From a virus (Duplodnaviria; Caudoviricetes): a stretch of DNA of 42,041 nt. Positions 28,319 to 37,232 of this stretch are shown in pieces. A program made the translations under genes and the position numbers. Within the stretch, counting starts at the first letter, position 1, and each line of letters opens with the position of its first letter. The notes beneath the pieces are model-generated. The model ran no database searches and was not told the DNA's origin. It saw nothing but the letters and a program-made list of their open reading frames with translations. The stretch is taken from positions 1-42,041 of IMG/VR virus record IMGVR_UViG_3300017707_001954; one strand, given 5' to 3'.

Positions 28319-28785
28319 AATGGGATGTCATCGCCTTCGACTCCGGCGGTGGTGGGGCCTTCGCCGAAGACTTCGCCCATGGTTTCGCGGCCGGTGGCGG
28401 TGCCGACGCCGGGAGGTGGGGAAGGTTCCCTCAAGCCTCCGCCAGCGGCTCCCCGAGATTCACCGCAGAAGTCCCAGTGCTCGACAACGGTGAGTGTTTT
28501 GGTTCGTGGCTTGCCGGTTTCTTTGTCAGTCCACTTTTCCTGAGCGAGTCGGCCTTCGATGAAGATGGGTTTGCCTTTGTGGAAGTGCTTGGCGATGACT
28601 TCGGCCTGCTTGTTCCATGCCCGCAGTTCGCCGTAATAGGTGTCCTCTTTGACGTTGTTGTTTTCATCCTTCCAACGGCGGTTCACGGCGATGGAGAAAT
28701 CCAGCACGGGGGTGCCTTTGGGGGTGTATTTGAGTTCGGGATCACGGGTAAGATTTCCCGCGAGCATGATTTTGTTCAGGTTCAT
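28315..28785 (-). CDS. ssb: Single-stranded DNA-binding protein
   Basis: MNLNKIMLAGNLTRDPELKYTP; acidic DDIPF tail. Confidence 0.97.
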   Translation of the reverse strand: MNLNKIMLAGNLTRDPELKYTPKGTPVLDFSIAVNRRWKDENNNVKEDTYYGELRAWNKQAEVIAKHFHKGKPIFIEGRLAQEKWTDKETGKPRTKTLTVVEHWDFCGESRGAAGGGLREPSPPPGVGTATGRETMGEVFGEGPTTAGVEGDDIPF

Positions 28786-28805
28786 GAGGTGTGTGGAGGT
28801 TTTGG

Positions 28806-30428
28806 TTAGTATCCGGGCAGGGTGACTTGGCGGAAATTGGGGTTGGTGGAGTAGAGTTTCAGGGTGCGACCGATGAAGCGTTGATAGTTTTTCCGGTAGC
28901 GGAGGCAGATCTCGTCAGTGGTGGCTCCCCAGCGGTTTTTGGTGATGATGGCACGGGCGTGCTCTTCGTAGTCCATGCGCTCGGGGGTGTATTCGGAGGG
29001 CAGGCCTTGGCCGTCGTGCCAGGCCTCGGGGAACTCGCGGCGGTAGCTGTCCACCATTTTGCACCAGTTGATCTGCCGATCTTCATCGAGTGCGTGCCAT
29101 TTATAGACTTCATCTGGGCGATGGATGAACATGATGTGTGTGGGGTATTCGCCGAGTTCGGAGGCTCCTCGAATGTCGCCGTTTCCAGGGGGGCGGTTGC
29201 GTGCTTGTTTTTCTCGGCCGGCTTTGTCGAGCTGGGCGCAGAGGATGATGAGCACCTTGAGGTTTCGGCGGAGGGAATGGAGGGTTTCCATGATCTCGAT
29301 CTGGCCGACGCGGGGATCGTTTTTGCCCTGCTTGGTGCTGGGTTTGAGCTGGCCGAAGTGGTCGAAGATGAAGCAGCGAACGCCGTGCTTGCGATGCAGC
29401 ATGGTGACTTTGGCGCGGAGTTCGTCGGCCTCCAGGATGCTGCTGTCATCCCAGAAGAGGGGGGCTTGTGCGACCTCTTTCACGGCATTGGCGATGCGGG
29501 CATCGTCTTCGCGTTTGCGGTGGCCGTTGCGGCTGACGGAGACATCGACCTTTGCCCGACCTAGCACGAGGCGATGCCCGAAGCCAGTGACGCCCATCTC
29601 CAAGGGGAACATGGCGGTGGGCACTCGCTGGTTGATGCCGATGTTTTCCAGCAGGGTGACGGCGGCGCCGGTCTTGCCCATGCCTGGGAAGCCGCCGAGC
29701 AGAAGGAAATCTCCCTCGCCATCGGGTGCTAGGCCATGAAAAGCGCGATCGACATCTGCCCAGCCGGTCTGAATGCCGATGATTTTGCCGCGATTTTGGC
29801 AGACTTGCTCAAAGGCATCGACCCAGCGGCCGGTCATTTCTTTGCTGTCGATGATGCTGGAGCCGCCGGTTTCGTTTTGGAAGTTGTCGAGCACTTTGAA
29901 GGTGCGGTCTTCACCACGAGCGAGCACTTTGCCGACATCTTCATCGACCTCTTCCCGGCCTACTTGCTGGGCGTCGTGGATGTTTTCAGCACTGGCTTGG
30001 ATGAGCTGGCGAAGCATCCATTTGTCCCGCACGATCTTGCGGTATTGGACATACAGGGCAGGGCTGGGGACGAAGGTGAATAGCTCAGTGAGTGCTGCGA
30101 CGCCGCCGACGCGGTCGAGTTTGCCCTGATCGCGCAGGGTGTTGGTCATGAGCTGGATGTCAACAGGGACGCCGGAGTCGTAGGACTTCAGCAAGACCTC
30201 AAAGAACTCGCGGTTGGCGGGGTGATAAAAGGCCTCGGGCGGGGTGATGAGCCGTGTCTCGGTGATGCGCTCATTGGGGTCTTGAACGAGGCAGGAGAGA
30301 AGGGATTTTTCAGCTTCGTCGGAGTAGGGCAAGGCCTTGTTGACGTTTGCCAGTAGCTCTTCGGCGGTAGGATCGCCTTTTTTGCGCGCAAATGGGCTGT
30401 ATTCGGTGAGTGCTGGGTCTGGTTCCAT
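28806..30428 (-). CDS. dnaB: DnaB-like replicative helicase
   Basis: LPYSDEAEKSLL N-domain; Walker A GFPGMGKT; IFDHFGQL; AQL; IRGASELGE; KNRWG. Start set to ATG 30428, which overlaps the upstream TGA. Confidence 0.93.
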   Translation of the reverse strand: MEPDPALTEYSPFARKKGDPTAEELLANVNKALPYSDEAEKSLLSCLVQDPNERITETRLITPPEAFYHPANREFFEVLLKSYDSGVPVDIQLMTNTLRDQGKLDRVGGVAALTELFTFVPSPALYVQYRKIVRDKWMLRQLIQASAENIHDAQQVGREEVDEDVGKVLARGEDRTFKVLDNFQNETGGSSIIDSKEMTGRWVDAFEQVCQNRGKIIGIQTGWADVDRAFHGLAPDGEGDFLLLGGFPGMGKTGAAVTLLENIGINQRVPTAMFPLEMGVTGFGHRLVLGRAKVDVSVSRNGHRKREDDARIANAVKEVAQAPLFWDDSSILEADELRAKVTMLHRKHGVRCFIFDHFGQLKPSTKQGKNDPRVGQIEIMETLHSLRRNLKVLIILCAQLDKAGREKQARNRPPGNGDIRGASELGEYPTHIMFIHRPDEVYKWHALDEDRQINWCKMVDSYRREFPEAWHDGQGLPSEYTPERMDYEEHARAIITKNRWGATTDEICLRYRKNYQRFIGRTLKLYSTNPNFRQVTLPGY

Positions 30429-31330
30429 CACGCGGCCCCCCTTTCTTTTTCGCACCAAGCCCGGATGTCAGCCTGCTCGGCGATGCCAAGCAGTGCCCAC
30501 GGGCCGGGAATGTGGCCGTAAAGCTCGTGGCAGGCCTGCTCAAACTGAGGCGGGCAGGGGTTTTCAATGGCTGGCGGCCCGCCCCCTTCTTTTTTTTCGG
30601 GGTCAAACGCAGGTCTTTGAAACGAGGGGGTTGTGTGGATCTTGTCCGTGAAGAGGCCTGCCCAGTTACTGGACATGGAGGCTTGGACGCTGGCTGCGAC
30701 GGCTGAGGGTGGGAAAGCCTGCTGCTGGGAGATCAAGGCCTGCCATCCGCTGAGGGTGTAGCCTTCCCGACGTTCCTGCTTGTAGGTGAACCAGCGTGTG
30801 AGGGGCTCGATGTAGCCGGTGGGAATATCTTCAGGAAAGAGTGGCTCTGTCAGCTTGCCTGACTTCCCCCGCTGGCGGGGGTTAGGGGGATTGGATATGG
30901 ATATTGGATGAGGATTACGGAGTGCGCGCACGCGAGGCATACCGTCTGCATTGCGTGCGGTGTCCGTTTGCTGTGCATCCGTTATGCGTTCGCTATGCGT
31001 CTGCATTGCGTTCGCATTCCAGCGGGTGAGTGATGCTTGCTTGGCTTTGCCGGATTTTTCATGAGCTTTCATGAGCTCTTGCTCGATCCTTTTTTGTGTC
31101 CAGCCGTGGTCGGTGAGGGTGAAGAACTCCTGAATGACGCTGGAGACGGCCTGCTGCTCGGGCTTGGTGAAGGCTCCGCAGATGCGGTGGAGGATGTTTT
31201 CGTCCTTGGGCAGGGCTCGCTCGGTGGCGTAGCAGTAGTCCATGAGCACGGTGTAAGCGCCATGCTCTAGGAGTGTGAGGTGTTTGGTGTCCTTGGCGTA
31301 GTCGCCGAGGTGGCGTGAGTAGGTGTGCAT
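30428..31330 (-). CDS. DUF1376/YdaU-type phage replication initiator
   Basis: YSRHLGDYAKDTKHLTLLEHGAYTVLMD...WTQKRIEQEL; directly upstream of the helicase. Confidence 0.85.
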   Translation of the reverse strand: MHTYSRHLGDYAKDTKHLTLLEHGAYTVLMDYCYATERALPKDENILHRICGAFTKPEQQAVSSVIQEFFTLTDHGWTQKRIEQELMKAHEKSGKAKQASLTRWNANAMQTHSERITDAQQTDTARNADGMPRVRALRNPHPISISNPPNPRQRGKSGKLTEPLFPEDIPTGYIEPLTRWFTYKQERREGYTLSGWQALISQQQAFPPSAVAASVQASMSSNWAGLFTDKIHTTPSFQRPAFDPEKKEGGGPPAIENPCPPQFEQACHELYGHIPGPWALLGIAEQADIRAWCEKERGAA

Positions 31331-31337
31331 GGCTGGG

Positions 31338-31676
31338 TTAAAGGGTATCAGCCGCCTCGTTGTTGCCCTGGGGCATCACATCGCCCGTAGAAGTCCCAGG
31401 TGAGGCGGCTGTCTGCGGCAACAGAGCCGGAGAGTGGGTGCCGCGAGCGATACCTTGGGCGATCTGCTCGGCGGCCATGAGGGTGGTTTGCTGAAGCACG
31501 AGCTGGACGGCTTCCTGCAAGATCTGGAGGCCAAGGGGGGCGGCTTTTTTTCCGCTGACGAAATGCACATGCTGGTCGCTGCGGCGCTCTATCTTCAGCA
31601 TGGGCCACATGAGGCCTTCGCCGCGGACTTCATAGACAAGAACGCCGATTTCTGAGGGGAGTTGGGTGTTGGACAT
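31338..31676 (-). CDS. Hypothetical protein
   Basis: Start reassigned to MSNTQLPSE (ATG 31676) to avoid overlap. Confidence 0.55.
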   Translation of the reverse strand: MSNTQLPSEIGVLVYEVRGEGLMWPMLKIERRSDQHVHFVSGKKAAPLGLQILQEAVQLVLQQTTLMAAEQIAQGIARGTHSPALLPQTAASPGTSTGDVMPQGNNEAADTL

Positions 31677-31686
31677 GGGGGATGGG

Positions 31687-31914
31687 TTAGCTGTGGTTGC
31701 GAATGAGTTGACGCTTGGCTCGTGGCGGGGTGGGGGCATGAGCGGCGTATTGCTCGGCGGTGAGCTCGGTGACGGTCTCGATGCGGCAGCAGTCGGCGTG
31801 GCCGCGTGCTTTTTGCCGGACGGCGCCGTCGGAGTCCTCGCGCCAGTATTTGATGATCGGCCGGCCGCTGAAGTCGCGGAAGGTGACACGGTAGAATCGA
31901 CGCTTCTCAGCCAT
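31687..31914 (-). CDS. Hypothetical protein
   Basis: 75 aa; GGAGG upstream; tiles with neighbours. Confidence 0.6.
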   Translation of the reverse strand: MAEKRRFYRVTFRDFSGRPIIKYWREDSDGAVRQKARGHADCCRIETVTELTAEQYAAHAPTPPRAKRQLIRNHS

Positions 31915-32191
31915 CGGTGCGTCCCTCCTTTTTTTGTTTGGCGCGGATGGACTGGGCGGCTTGTGTCAAACGGCACGCCATCTCGCCGCACTGATCCCAC
32001 AAGGCGTTTGGCTGGGAGAGCCAAGCATCGACCTCCAGAAGCAGAGATTCATAGCGCTCCAGATCCTCAGCGAACTGATAAAGGGGCCGCTGCCAAGCGG
32101 ACGGGACAAATCCCGCTTCACCGGGGCAGCCAGTTTCCTGACAATCCGCCGAGGAGGGGAGACGACATTGAGGGCAAACGAGTTTACTCAT
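31907..32191 (-). CDS. Hypothetical protein with an N-terminal Cys cluster
   Basis: MSKLVCPQC...C....C; start reassigned to ATG 32191. Confidence 0.55.
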   Translation of the reverse strand: MSKLVCPQCRLPSSADCQETGCPGEAGFVPSAWQRPLYQFAEDLERYESLLLEVDAWLSQPNALWDQCGEMACRLTQAAQSIRAKQKKEGRTDG

Positions 32192-32670
32192 GGGATTCGG
32201 TTTTTCAGTTCGGGCCCGCTCAGCGGCGTGTGTGGCTGGGGCCGCCCTTTTTTTTAGAGGGGCAGAAATCAGGGGGAAGCAGGCGCTCAAGACCTGCGGC
32301 AATGGGAACAAATTTTCACCGCACCGATGGATAGGATAGGATCGGGCACGAGCAGCGTCCGGACCCCCTCCCCCCCTGGTCAAACCAAGCTCGCCGAGCC
32401 CATCCGCCAGCGTGCATTCATGGTAGTGATGGATACAACCGTTGAAAATCAACGCATTAAAAGCACGAAACAACAGATTGATAATCCTTTGCCCGCCAAT
32501 CGTGCCCCGATTCCAGCTCGATCCAGCCCAGCCGCCGCATTGCCCACATTCTCCGCGCCCCTGAATCCATTCCAGGCCACCGCCCAGCAGGGAGCAGAGA
32601 CAATGGAAGCCCAAACTGCTCCACAGAAACGCAGCAGTCACAGAGCGCCGCTCAGATGAAACAGCAGACT

Positions 32671-32973
32671 TCACCGCTTGGAACCCTCCCCGCTAAAAAA
32701 AGAAAACGCCCCAGACTCCCGGTGCTCCAGACGCAGCGGCAGCTCATCCAGCGCCCACTCAGGCACACGCACACGGCGGCCCAACCTCTTAGTCGGCAAC
32801 AGCGGCAGCTCATCCAGCGCACACAGCTTGTAAGTCCAGTCAAAAACCGTCTTTTCCGGCACGCTCAGCCTTCTCGCCACCTCCTGCACCGTCAGCAGCA
32901 CCACAGGCCCCGCAGGCCTGCCCACACGGCGAGCCCCAGCCCTCACAGACGAAACACCTTCAGAGTCAGTCAT
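32671..32973 (-). CDS. Excisionase/Cro-like HTH_17 protein
   Basis: LLTVQEVARRLSVPEKTVFDW...RLGRRVRVP. Confidence 0.75.
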   Translation of the reverse strand: MTDSEGVSSVRAGARRVGRPAGPVVLLTVQEVARRLSVPEKTVFDWTYKLCALDELPLLPTKRLGRRVRVPEWALDELPLRLEHRESGAFSFFSGEGSKR

Positions 32974-33007
32974 AAGCGAAAAAAGAAAAAAGGGGCAAAA
33001 TCATCCA

Positions 33008-33256
33008 TCACGCCGCCAGCACCGCCGGAGCCACACAGCGGCACCGCTCAGCCTCACACAGCGCCCGGTAATCATTCCAGGCCGCCCGAGTCATCACCCA
33101 GCACGCACCGCCCTGGCCGCGTGCGCCGATGGGCAAGCGCCCATCCGGCAACGGCCAGCCAGCCACCGCTTCAAAGCCAGCCGCAAAAAAAAGAGCCTCA
33201 GCGCTCAGCTCATCCAGCCCAGCAGGGGCAGAAAAAAAAGGAGCAGGCACACTCAC
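33008..33256 (-). CDS. Hypothetical protein
   Basis: 82 aa; ATGA overlap with the upstream ORF. Confidence 0.5.
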   Translation of the reverse strand: MSVPAPFFSAPAGLDELSAEALFFAAGFEAVAGWPLPDGRLPIGARGQGGACWVMTRAAWNDYRALCEAERCRCVAPAVLAA

Positions 33257-33456
33257 AGCGCACCCCCCTCCGCAGAATCCACAGGAGCAGCAGCAGCAGC
33301 AGGAGCCAAAGCAGCCAGCCGCCGCTCACGATCCGCAGCCAGCCGCTTCTCCCACTTCAGCACCACCGCCGCCACATCGGCAGAGGGATTCAGCCGCCGA
33401 GTCTGCTGGCAGGTAGCCACCAGCACGTCAAGAACAGTCAATTCAGGGTCAGTCAT
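33253..33456 (-). CDS. Hypothetical protein, first gene of the leftward operon
   Basis: 67 aa; ends with GAGGGGG in front of the next start. Confidence 0.55.
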   Translation of the reverse strand: MTDPELTVLDVLVATCQQTRRLNPSADVAAVVLKWEKRLAADRERRLAALAPAAAAAPVDSAEGGAL

Positions 33457-33620
33457 ACAGAGCTAATTTGAAATCAGGCCAGAATTGCATGGATTAACCC
33501 ATCGCGCAACCTCGACTTGCAAACAAATTTATCTTGAAATAATACTTGCGCCGCAAGAATTAGCGCGTAATCTATCCCCGCCGCTATCACCGGCCCAAAC
33601 ATCAACACCGAATCCACATC
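33457..33620. promoter_or_regulatory. Divergent promoter region
   Basis: AT-rich gap between divergent operons; TTGCGC-16 bp-TAATCT at ~33547-33574; palindrome CTTGCGCCGCAAG. Confidence 0.55.
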
Positions 33621-34238
33621 ATGAGCACCGCCCTCACCATCCGCCCGCAGTCCGCCAAACGCCCCGACCGCAAAACCCGCAAAGAAGCCACCCCAGAGCA
33701 AAAAGAAGCCGCAGCCGCACGCCGTGCCGGCATCAAGCAGCTCTGCGCCATCGTCAAAGCCCTGCCCGTAGAAAAGCGCGTCCTCCTCGCCGCCTCCTAC
33801 GGCATCCGCAGCGCAGAGGGCCGCGAGCTCTCCCCCTTCAATCAATGCCTCCTCGTTCATCAAAACTCATCCGTTTCCATCGTGGGCGGCTTCCAGCAGT
33901 GGAAGAAACTCGGCCGCAGTGTCAAGAAAGGCGAGCGCTCCCTCGCCATCTGGGTCCCCTGCGGCAAGCAGGCCGAAAGCGCCAATGACGCCGCCGCGAA
34001 TCCCGACACCGACAACGACAAATTCTTCATCCTCGGCAGCGTCTTCGACATCACCCAGACAGAGACCGACGAGGAAAAAGCCGCCCGCGTAGCCGGTGAG
34101 ACCCTCGCCCTCCCAGCCCCAGCGCTCGCCCTGCCCTATCGCGCCGACGCCTTCGACATCGAAGCCGAGCCCATCACCGACGAGCCCGAGCCCGAGCCCG
34201 CCGCCAGCATCCAAGACGAATTCACCCTCTGCGACTAA
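33621..34238 (+). CDS. ArdC N-terminal-like (DUF1738) ssDNA-binding/anti-restriction protein
   Basis: SPFNQCLL...GFQQWKKLGRSVKKGERSLAIWVP...VFDITQT. Confidence 0.8.
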   Translation: MSTALTIRPQSAKRPDRKTRKEATPEQKEAAAARRAGIKQLCAIVKALPVEKRVLLAASYGIRSAEGRELSPFNQCLLVHQNSSVSIVGGFQQWKKLGRSVKKGERSLAIWVPCGKQAESANDAAANPDTDNDKFFILGSVFDITQTETDEEKAARVAGETLALPAPALALPYRADAFDIEAEPITDEPEPEPAASIQDEFTLCD

Positions 34239-34304
34239 ACCACCCCACCCAGCGCGGGCGGTTCCACCCCTCCCGCCTCTTCACTCTTTCCCTCCTTCCC
34301 TCTC

Positions 34305-34634
34305 ATGAACAAATCTGAAGAACTCGCCGCCTTTCACGCATTCCGCCGCAGCATGCCGCCGGCCAGCTATCTGCGCCCATGGCTCGACAGCATCGCCGAT
34401 GAAATAGAATCCAGTTTGACCAGCGATTATTTCCCGTGCGCCTCCATTCACGAAGCGCAAAAGCAGGCCGCCGCCATCCTCCAGGATGCACGAGCCCACG
34501 CCGCAGAAGTGACGCAGACAGCCAAAGACCAGGCCGCCAAAGAAACCGCCGCCGCATCCAAAGACATCAATGACGCCATGCGCCGCGCCTTGTCAGCCGT
34601 CGCCGCCGCTGAACGTGCCCTTTCCAATTACTAA
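34305..34634 (+). CDS. Hypothetical helical protein
   Basis: 109 aa with codon usage like neighbouring phage genes. Confidence 0.6.
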   Translation: MNKSEELAAFHAFRRSMPPASYLRPWLDSIADEIESSLTSDYFPCASIHEAQKQAAAILQDARAHAAEVTQTAKDQAAKETAAASKDINDAMRRALSAVAAAERALSNY

Positions 34635-34653
34635 CCCATTCCCCTTCCCCATC

Positions 34654-35625
34654 ATGAGCACCATGCAATTCCTCCGCCACAAAGTCACCGGCATCAAATA
34701 CATACGCCTCGCCAGCGGCTCCATGATCCCCGTTTCCGACCTCCCGCGCCTCGCCGGCAATGACGCCGACCTGCGCAGCATCGAGATCAAGTGCGAAACG
34801 TGCCACACCTGGCACCCCTGCCACGCCATGCACACGCACCCCACCGGCCTCCAGTGCCGCGCCTGCATCGCCACCGCAGCCGCCGCCGCCAGCCCAGAGA
34901 GCGAGCACGCCGCCGCCATGCGCAAAGCCGCCGCCCTCCTACGCCTCGCCCAGTCAGACAACCCGCACGAAGCCGCCCTCGCCGCCTCCCGCGCTCAAGA
35001 AATCATCGACCGCTACAAACTCAACCTTGCCGCCCTCGATAGCGCCCCCAGCGAGGAACCCGCCGAAGAAATCCGCAACTTCAAAGACGATCCCCTCGAC
35101 ACCGGCGGCCTGTGGAAAGCCCTCCTGGCTCAAGCCGTCGCCAACGTCAACCAATGCAAAGTTTACACCTCCGGCGGCAATGTCCACATCATCGGCCGCC
35201 CGTCTGACGTGGCTATTGTCCGCCCCTTCCACGCCTACCTCGCCGGAGAGATCGAGCGCCTAGCCTCCCGCCACTGCCGCGGCAACTCCCGCACCTATTG
35301 GAACAACTTCCGACTTGGAGCCGTGGAAACCATCAAGCAGCGCCTCCAGGCCTCCCTCGCCTCCACCGTCGAAACAGTAAAGGCCGAAGCCCTCGCCGCC
35401 GGTAACAGCGCCGCCCTCGTCACCGTCACAAACTCGCTGGCCATCATCGAAAAGCGCAAACAAGAAGTCGAAGCCTGGGCACGGCAAAACATGAACCTTC
35501 GCAGCCGCACCGCCCGCAGCAGCTACAACAACGCCGGCCGCGAAGCAGGCCGCGCCGCCGGCCATAGCGTCAACCTCCACCGCTCCGCCGGAGCCCTCAA
35601 CAGCACCCGCCGCGCCCTCGCCTAG
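34654..35625 (+). CDS. DUF2786-containing protein with an N-terminal Cys/His cluster
   Basis: KAAALLRLAQSDNPHEAALAASRAQEIIDRYKL; WNNFRLGAV; AGREAGRAAG. Confidence 0.8.
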   Translation: MSTMQFLRHKVTGIKYIRLASGSMIPVSDLPRLAGNDADLRSIEIKCETCHTWHPCHAMHTHPTGLQCRACIATAAAAASPESEHAAAMRKAAALLRLAQSDNPHEAALAASRAQEIIDRYKLNLAALDSAPSEEPAEEIRNFKDDPLDTGGLWKALLAQAVANVNQCKVYTSGGNVHIIGRPSDVAIVRPFHAYLAGEIERLASRHCRGNSRTYWNNFRLGAVETIKQRLQASLASTVETVKAEALAAGNSAALVTVTNSLAIIEKRKQEVEAWARQNMNLRSRTARSSYNNAGREAGRAAGHSVNLHRSAGALNSTRRALA

Positions 35626-35627
35626 CC

Positions 35628-36224
35628 ATGCACTCCCCAGAAATCACCGCCGACTTCCTCCACCGCCTCGCCCTCCTCCTGGATGGCGAGGCGGTCACCC
35701 GTCCCGGCTGCAGTGACGAGCGCCTCCCCGTCATCCGCCTGCATTCACCCCGCGTCCTGCTCTCCATCTCAAATTCATGGGACGCCCGCCCCAAGTGGCG
35801 CGCCTCCGTCATGGACTGGGAAGGAAAGCACATCCACGGCAGCCCCAGCGCCAACTTCACCAGCACCCGCCCCATCGAAGAAATTGCCGCCGATCTCCGC
35901 CGCCGCGTCCTAGATCCCGCCCGCGCCAAGCTCATCCAGCACGCCACCAGCGCCGCCGCCGCCGCCCAAAAGCACCAGCAGGCCGCCCACCGCCTCGCCG
36001 AGCTAGAAACCATCCTCGGCCCCACAAAGCCCTATCACAACGGATACGCCAACCTTCCCGGTTTCCGCATCCCACACGAGCACCACCTGCAAGACCGTGA
36101 CGGCCCCTGGCCATCCTTCCAAGCAGAAATCACCCTTCACAGCTTTGCCGCCCTCAAAATGATCGCCGCCATCATCGCCGAAGATCACCGCTTGAACAAT
36201 CAAGCGCGTGAATGCAGTGAATAA
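35628..36224 (+). CDS. Hypothetical protein
   Basis: 198 aa, starts 2 nt after the previous stop. Confidence 0.6.
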   Translation: MHSPEITADFLHRLALLLDGEAVTRPGCSDERLPVIRLHSPRVLLSISNSWDARPKWRASVMDWEGKHIHGSPSANFTSTRPIEEIAADLRRRVLDPARAKLIQHATSAAAAAQKHQQAAHRLAELETILGPTKPYHNGYANLPGFRIPHEHHLQDRDGPWPSFQAEITLHSFAALKMIAAIIAEDHRLNNQARECSE

Positions 36225-36294
36225 CAGCCCCCCCAAACAAAAGCGCCCGGCGGGCTATCACCTCCGCCGGGCCATGCACCGAATCCATCAGCCC

Positions 36295-36537
36295 ATGAGC
36301 CAGCCACAGCCAGCCACCCCCAGCATCCCCCAGCTCACCGCCGCCGGCAAGCCCAGAAAACGCGCCCCCGGCGCCGGAGCCCCCAAAAAGCACCGTCAGC
36401 ATCACCTCTCCCGAGTTGATGCCACCACCCTCCACACACTCCAAGCCCTCGCCACCGCCTGGCACTGCACCTTAGCAGATGCCATCGCCCGCGCCGCCAT
36501 CCAAGCCCACAAAACCCTCAAAAAGCCGCCAGCATAG
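36295..36537 (+). CDS. RHH/CopG-like DNA-binding protein
   Basis: RKRAPGAGAPKK...RVDATTLHTLQALATAWHCTLADAIARA. Confidence 0.55.
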   Translation: MSQPQPATPSIPQLTAAGKPRKRAPGAGAPKKHRQHHLSRVDATTLHTLQALATAWHCTLADAIARAAIQAHKTLKKPPA

Positions 36538-36649
36538 CCACAGCCCCCCATATCACCCTTCCCCACCGAAAACCACCCCCAAAACCGCCGCACCCCGGCG
36601 GTTTTCTCATATCCACACCCCAGCCAAACCCGCCTACCAACAAATAAAA

Positions 36650-36665
36650 CTTGATTTCAATCAAG
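36650..36665 (+). promoter_or_regulatory. Palindromic operator overlapping a probable -35 box upstream of the repressor-like gene
   Basis: CTTGAT-TTCA-ATCAAG, with TTGATT as -35 in an AT-rich gap. Confidence 0.5.
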
Positions 36666-36690
36666 ACTAACTTTACACATCCACCACCCC

Positions 36691-37134
36691 ATGAGCTACC
36701 TCGCCGTCCAAGTCACCGAATACCTTCGCACCTGCCCACATTCCGCCCGGGAGATCGAAGAGCGCGCCAAACTGCCCCGCATGACCCTCGGCACCATCCA
36801 GCGTGACGGCCATCCCCGGCCCGACCGCTTCGGCCAGCTCCTGAAAGCCGTCGATGACCACACTGCCCGCCAATGGCTCGAAGCCTACCTGCTCGACGAC
36901 TGCCCCGAAGCCTGGCTTCCCCGCGTCAAAATCCTCATCGAAGGCCTGCAACATATACAGACCACAGACACCAGCCACCTCGCCGAGCCCCACAAATCCT
37001 ACGGCCCCCCAGCCGACCCCATCGCCGCCACCGCCCGCGCCCTCCACCGCCTCCAGTCTGCCATGGCCAAAGACCGCGAGCTCAGCACCTGGTTCCTCCA
37101 AACCGTCACCCTCATCCTCGGCCCCGAAGAATGA
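36691..37134 (+). CDS. XRE/CI-like HTH repressor candidate
   Basis: SAREIEERAKLPRMTLGTIQRDGHPRPDRFGQLLKAV; its stop overlaps the distal boundary of the cassette array. Confidence 0.6.
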   Translation: MSYLAVQVTEYLRTCPHSAREIEERAKLPRMTLGTIQRDGHPRPDRFGQLLKAVDDHTARQWLEAYLLDDCPEAWLPRVKILIEGLQHIQTTDTSHLAEPHKSYGPPADPIAATARALHRLQSAMAKDRELSTWFLQTVTLILGPEE

Positions 37135-37232
37135 ACGATCAAACTGTGCCGACCGAGGGCGGCGATAAAAAGCTATGAAATCACAAACGACGACACCGCC
37201 GACCGAAGGTTGGCACCAGTGGCTGGTTCGGC
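37130..37232 (-). repeat. attC of cassette 6 (distal)
   Basis: Minus strand: R'' GCCGAAC, 5 nt, L'' ACTGGTGC (extra G) ... L' GCACAGT, 6 nt, R' GTTCATT. Confidence 0.85.

Noticed and set aside
32327-32659. 110 aa plus-strand ORF in the skew-switch gap
   Set aside because: Opposes the surrounding operon, is low-complexity and has no recognisable motif.
36245-36272. Intrinsic terminator or extra attC at GCCCGGCGG...CCGCCGGGC
   Set aside because: A strong hairpin, but with no U-tract and no AAC/GTT core boxes; function unassigned.
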